Source of the DNA: a virus
Taxonomy: Duplodnaviria > Caudoviricetes
Direction: 5' to 3' (one strand)
Virus record (IMG/VR): IMGVR_UViG_3300030099_003489
Coordinates: 1 to 61,494 of that record
Length of the DNA stretch: 61,494 nucleotides
Shown: positions 59,235 to 61,494 of the stretch, one piece after another
Layout of the letters: the number at the start of each line of letters is the position of its first letter
Position numbering within the stretch: the first letter of the stretch is position 1
Position numbers and translations under genes: made by a program
Notes under the pieces: generated by a model
Told to the model about the DNA's origin: nothing
The model's input: only the letters and a program-made list of their open reading frames with translations
Databases searched by the model: none

Positions 59235-59645
59235 TCATCTCATATTAATATAATATTAGTATAGAATTGAATATCAGTATCAGTATTCGATAATCAATAT
59301 CATTAGCCAGTCAAAGAGTGAGTCAATATGACTCACTTTCTCAATATTCTCATCGAAGTGAGAAAATAGGAGGTGGGCGTAGACGGACAGAAGGGACGAA
59401 TTAAAGAAGAAAAATGATATAAAATATCATATATTCTCATATTCTCATATTCTCTCTTCTTCTACTACCCCTCTCTTCTTCTTCTTCTTCTTCTTCCCCT
59501 GAGAGGGGTGAGAAAATGAGAAAATGAGAAAACCAACAAATCTGAGAACTGAAAATGTGGAGCAGTATTTTGTTTCCCAAAGTGTTCTCAGTATTCTCAC
59601 TGGGTGAGAAAACCACCCAAATGAGAATATTAACTATAATTCTCG
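59235..59645. repeat. Origin-like region: AT-rich tract plus inverted arrays of ATTCTCA/TGAGAA repeats around a (CTT)n tract
   Basis: ATTCTCAT tandem copies at 59433-59454, (CTT)n at ~59475-59496, TGAGAAAA x3 at ~59509-59532, further copies to 59645; 9-bp inverted repeat at 59317-59337. Confidence 0.55.
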
Positions 59646-60713
59646 CTAGGACATCGAAGACAGAAGTAGCGGTACTTCGTAGATGACCTATCGTTCAATG
59701 AGGTTTTAGACCTGAATAAAAATGTGAAAAGATACCGGAGTTGTTGCAGGTAGTTTAGTGACTACCGAAGAGAGAACTTGCTTGATTCTGAATGGTTAAG
59801 CAACTGTGCGCTATAAAATGGATTCAATCCCATCAGTAGTCGTTCTCTACACATGAAAGAGTAACAAAGTCACGGACCCTTCTCTTCGGAGCGGGCTGTA
59901 AGTAGTGTTTCTTCCTACCAGAAGATATTGCGAAAGCATATGTCTACTATGGTTACTGTTTGCAAACTGTATAGTCGGAAGCAGTTCATTCCCTCCAGTG
60001 GTCAGGGGCATAGCACCCAAGCATTCCTCATGAAATATTTATCTAACATTCATCCCTTCGGGGATAATGGAGGTATGCTAGGTAACAAGTTCTGCTTGTT
60101 TCAAAAACGGATAATTCTTCGTTGTTTCTGTATTGCTACGCATTGACTACCTACTAGCATTTGGGGTTCGTTACCCATCCGTTGCCTCCACTCACACTCT
60201 ACCCCTAGAGTCGGGTTTGTCAAATAAAAAAACTGGAAAGTGTACATCATCAATCATATTACCGTAGACAAAGGGAGTTTCGTTTTCTTCCTCCAGTTCC
60301 CGATTTCTAAGGATATCACAGATGCTTTGCATCGCCACTTAATATAGTCTCGATTACATTATACTCATAAGTCGGTTTGAATCCGACAGAGTAGGAGTTT
60401 TACAACGAATAAAAAAAGACAAATTCTTCATACACTAGTTGTTGAGGGGTTCTGGGTTACCTCAAGTCTTTTCTCTTACTAATCACACTCAAAGTCGGTT
60501 TATCACAAGTCTTTGACATATTTTCCGACCGACTAATCAAATTGAGCAAGGTTGTATCAACTATGATGGTAACATCGTAGTAAAAAGACGAACTGCGTTG
60601 AGACATTTTCTTAGCAATCAAACTCCGCAGGAAAGACACTGGCCTGTTTTTCGATACAAGGTACTACCTGTCTTCCTTGCTAATCACACTCCTATTACGG
60701 AGGTAATAAAAAT

Positions 60714-61494
60714 ATGAATGGAACACAAGAACAGAAAGAAATATGGAAAGAAATGGAAAATGGTAATGACCACATGATGGTGTATGCTGGAGCCGGAACA
60801 GGCAAAACGTATACCATTGTTGCAGGTGCGAAACTAGTTGATGGAAAGAAGGGTTTTCTTTGCTTCAACAAGTCAATCCAAACTGAACTAGATGCTAAGT
60901 TGCCTGATGATTGTGACGCAATGACGTTTCACAGTCTAGGTTACTCAGCAGTTAGAATGCACAAGAGAAACTGCCGAATGGATGGTAGGAAGACTTGGAA
61001 TATCGTCAAGGATATTCTAGGTGAGAACTACCAGTCGGTATCTCAGGTGGTCAAACTAATCAGTCAACTGAAGAGCAGTATGGCAGATTGGGAAGACAGG
61101 GATATGATTGAGTATATCCTTGAGAGATTTGACATAGAGTTTGATAGTGTCATTGACAAGAATGAGGCGATTGCCCTACTACCAATACTCAAGGAGTCAT
61201 GCAAGGATGCAACCACAGTTGATTTTGATGATATGGTTTGGCTACCAGTCGAATTGAATCTACCAGTGAAGCACTACGATGTTGTCTTTGTTGATGAGGC
61301 TCAGGATTTCAATGAGGTTCAGCGAAGATTAATTCTCAAGGCTTGTAATGGTGGTAGAATGATTGTAGTCGGTGACCCGAAGCAAGCAATCTATGGTTTC
61401 CGTGGAGCAGATTCTGCTAGTATGGATTTGTTCAAGAGGGAACTTGAGAACAGTAGCAGGAGTGTATCTAACTATACTCTATCCATTACATGGA
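60714..61494 (+). CDS. UvrD/Rep-like SF1 helicase, partial (not in ORF track; runs off right edge)
   Basis: MNGTQEQ Q-motif, AGAGTGKT Walker A, TFHSLG, VFVDEAQD Walker B, VVGDPKQAIYGFRGAD; GGAGGT RBS. Confidence 0.92.
   Translation, partial: MNGTQEQKEIWKEMENGNDHMMVYAGAGTGKTYTIVAGAKLVDGKKGFLCFNKSIQTELDAKLPDDCDAMTFHSLGYSAVRMHKRNCRMDGRKTWNIVKDILGENYQSVSQVVKLISQLKSSMADWEDRDMIEYILERFDIEFDSVIDKNEAIALLPILKESCKDATTVDFDDMVWLPVELNLPVKHYDVVFVDEAQDFNEVQRRLILKACNGGRMIVVGDPKQAIYGFRGADSASMDLFKRELENSSRSVSNYTLSITW

Noticed and set aside
59760-60392. Canonical tRNA genes
   Set aside because: T-arm-like hairpins are present, but I could not build a full cloverleaf with D-arm and anticodon arm; kept only as a low-confidence ncRNA finding.

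Overview
The window is about 61.5 kb of an archaeal-type head-tail (Caudoviricetes, siphovirus-like) virus genome. It resembles the magroviruses of Marine Group II/Poseidoniales; this is inferred from GGTGA/GGAGG ribosome-binding sites, TATA-like promoters and gene content, and was not database-checked. Positions 54130 to 1 form one continuous minus-strand late operon. In transcription order it carries many small genes, a terS candidate, terL, a LAGLIDADG protein, portal, an ATP-dependent DNA ligase, prohead protease/scaffold, major capsid protein, a small-GTPase/membrane-protein cluster, neck, tail tube, frameshifted tail chaperones, tape measure, tail-tip proteins and a >2000-aa tail fibre that runs off the left edge. 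Positions 54.5-59.0 kb are an array of small-gene modules, followed by an origin-like non-coding region and a UvrD-like helicase that runs off the right edge. Two features stand out. (1) Seven copies of the perfect palindrome ACCATATGGT, flanked on most sides by covarying hairpin arms with a conserved AC-N3/4-GTA tip, delimit gene modules that carry their own promoters, like a cassette array. (2) About 15 unrelated proteins start with an M-[ST]-W-x-x-[IL]-[ILV]-K tag that mirrors the scaffold C-terminus and the likely protease cleavage sites, suggesting a capsid cargo-loading signal.
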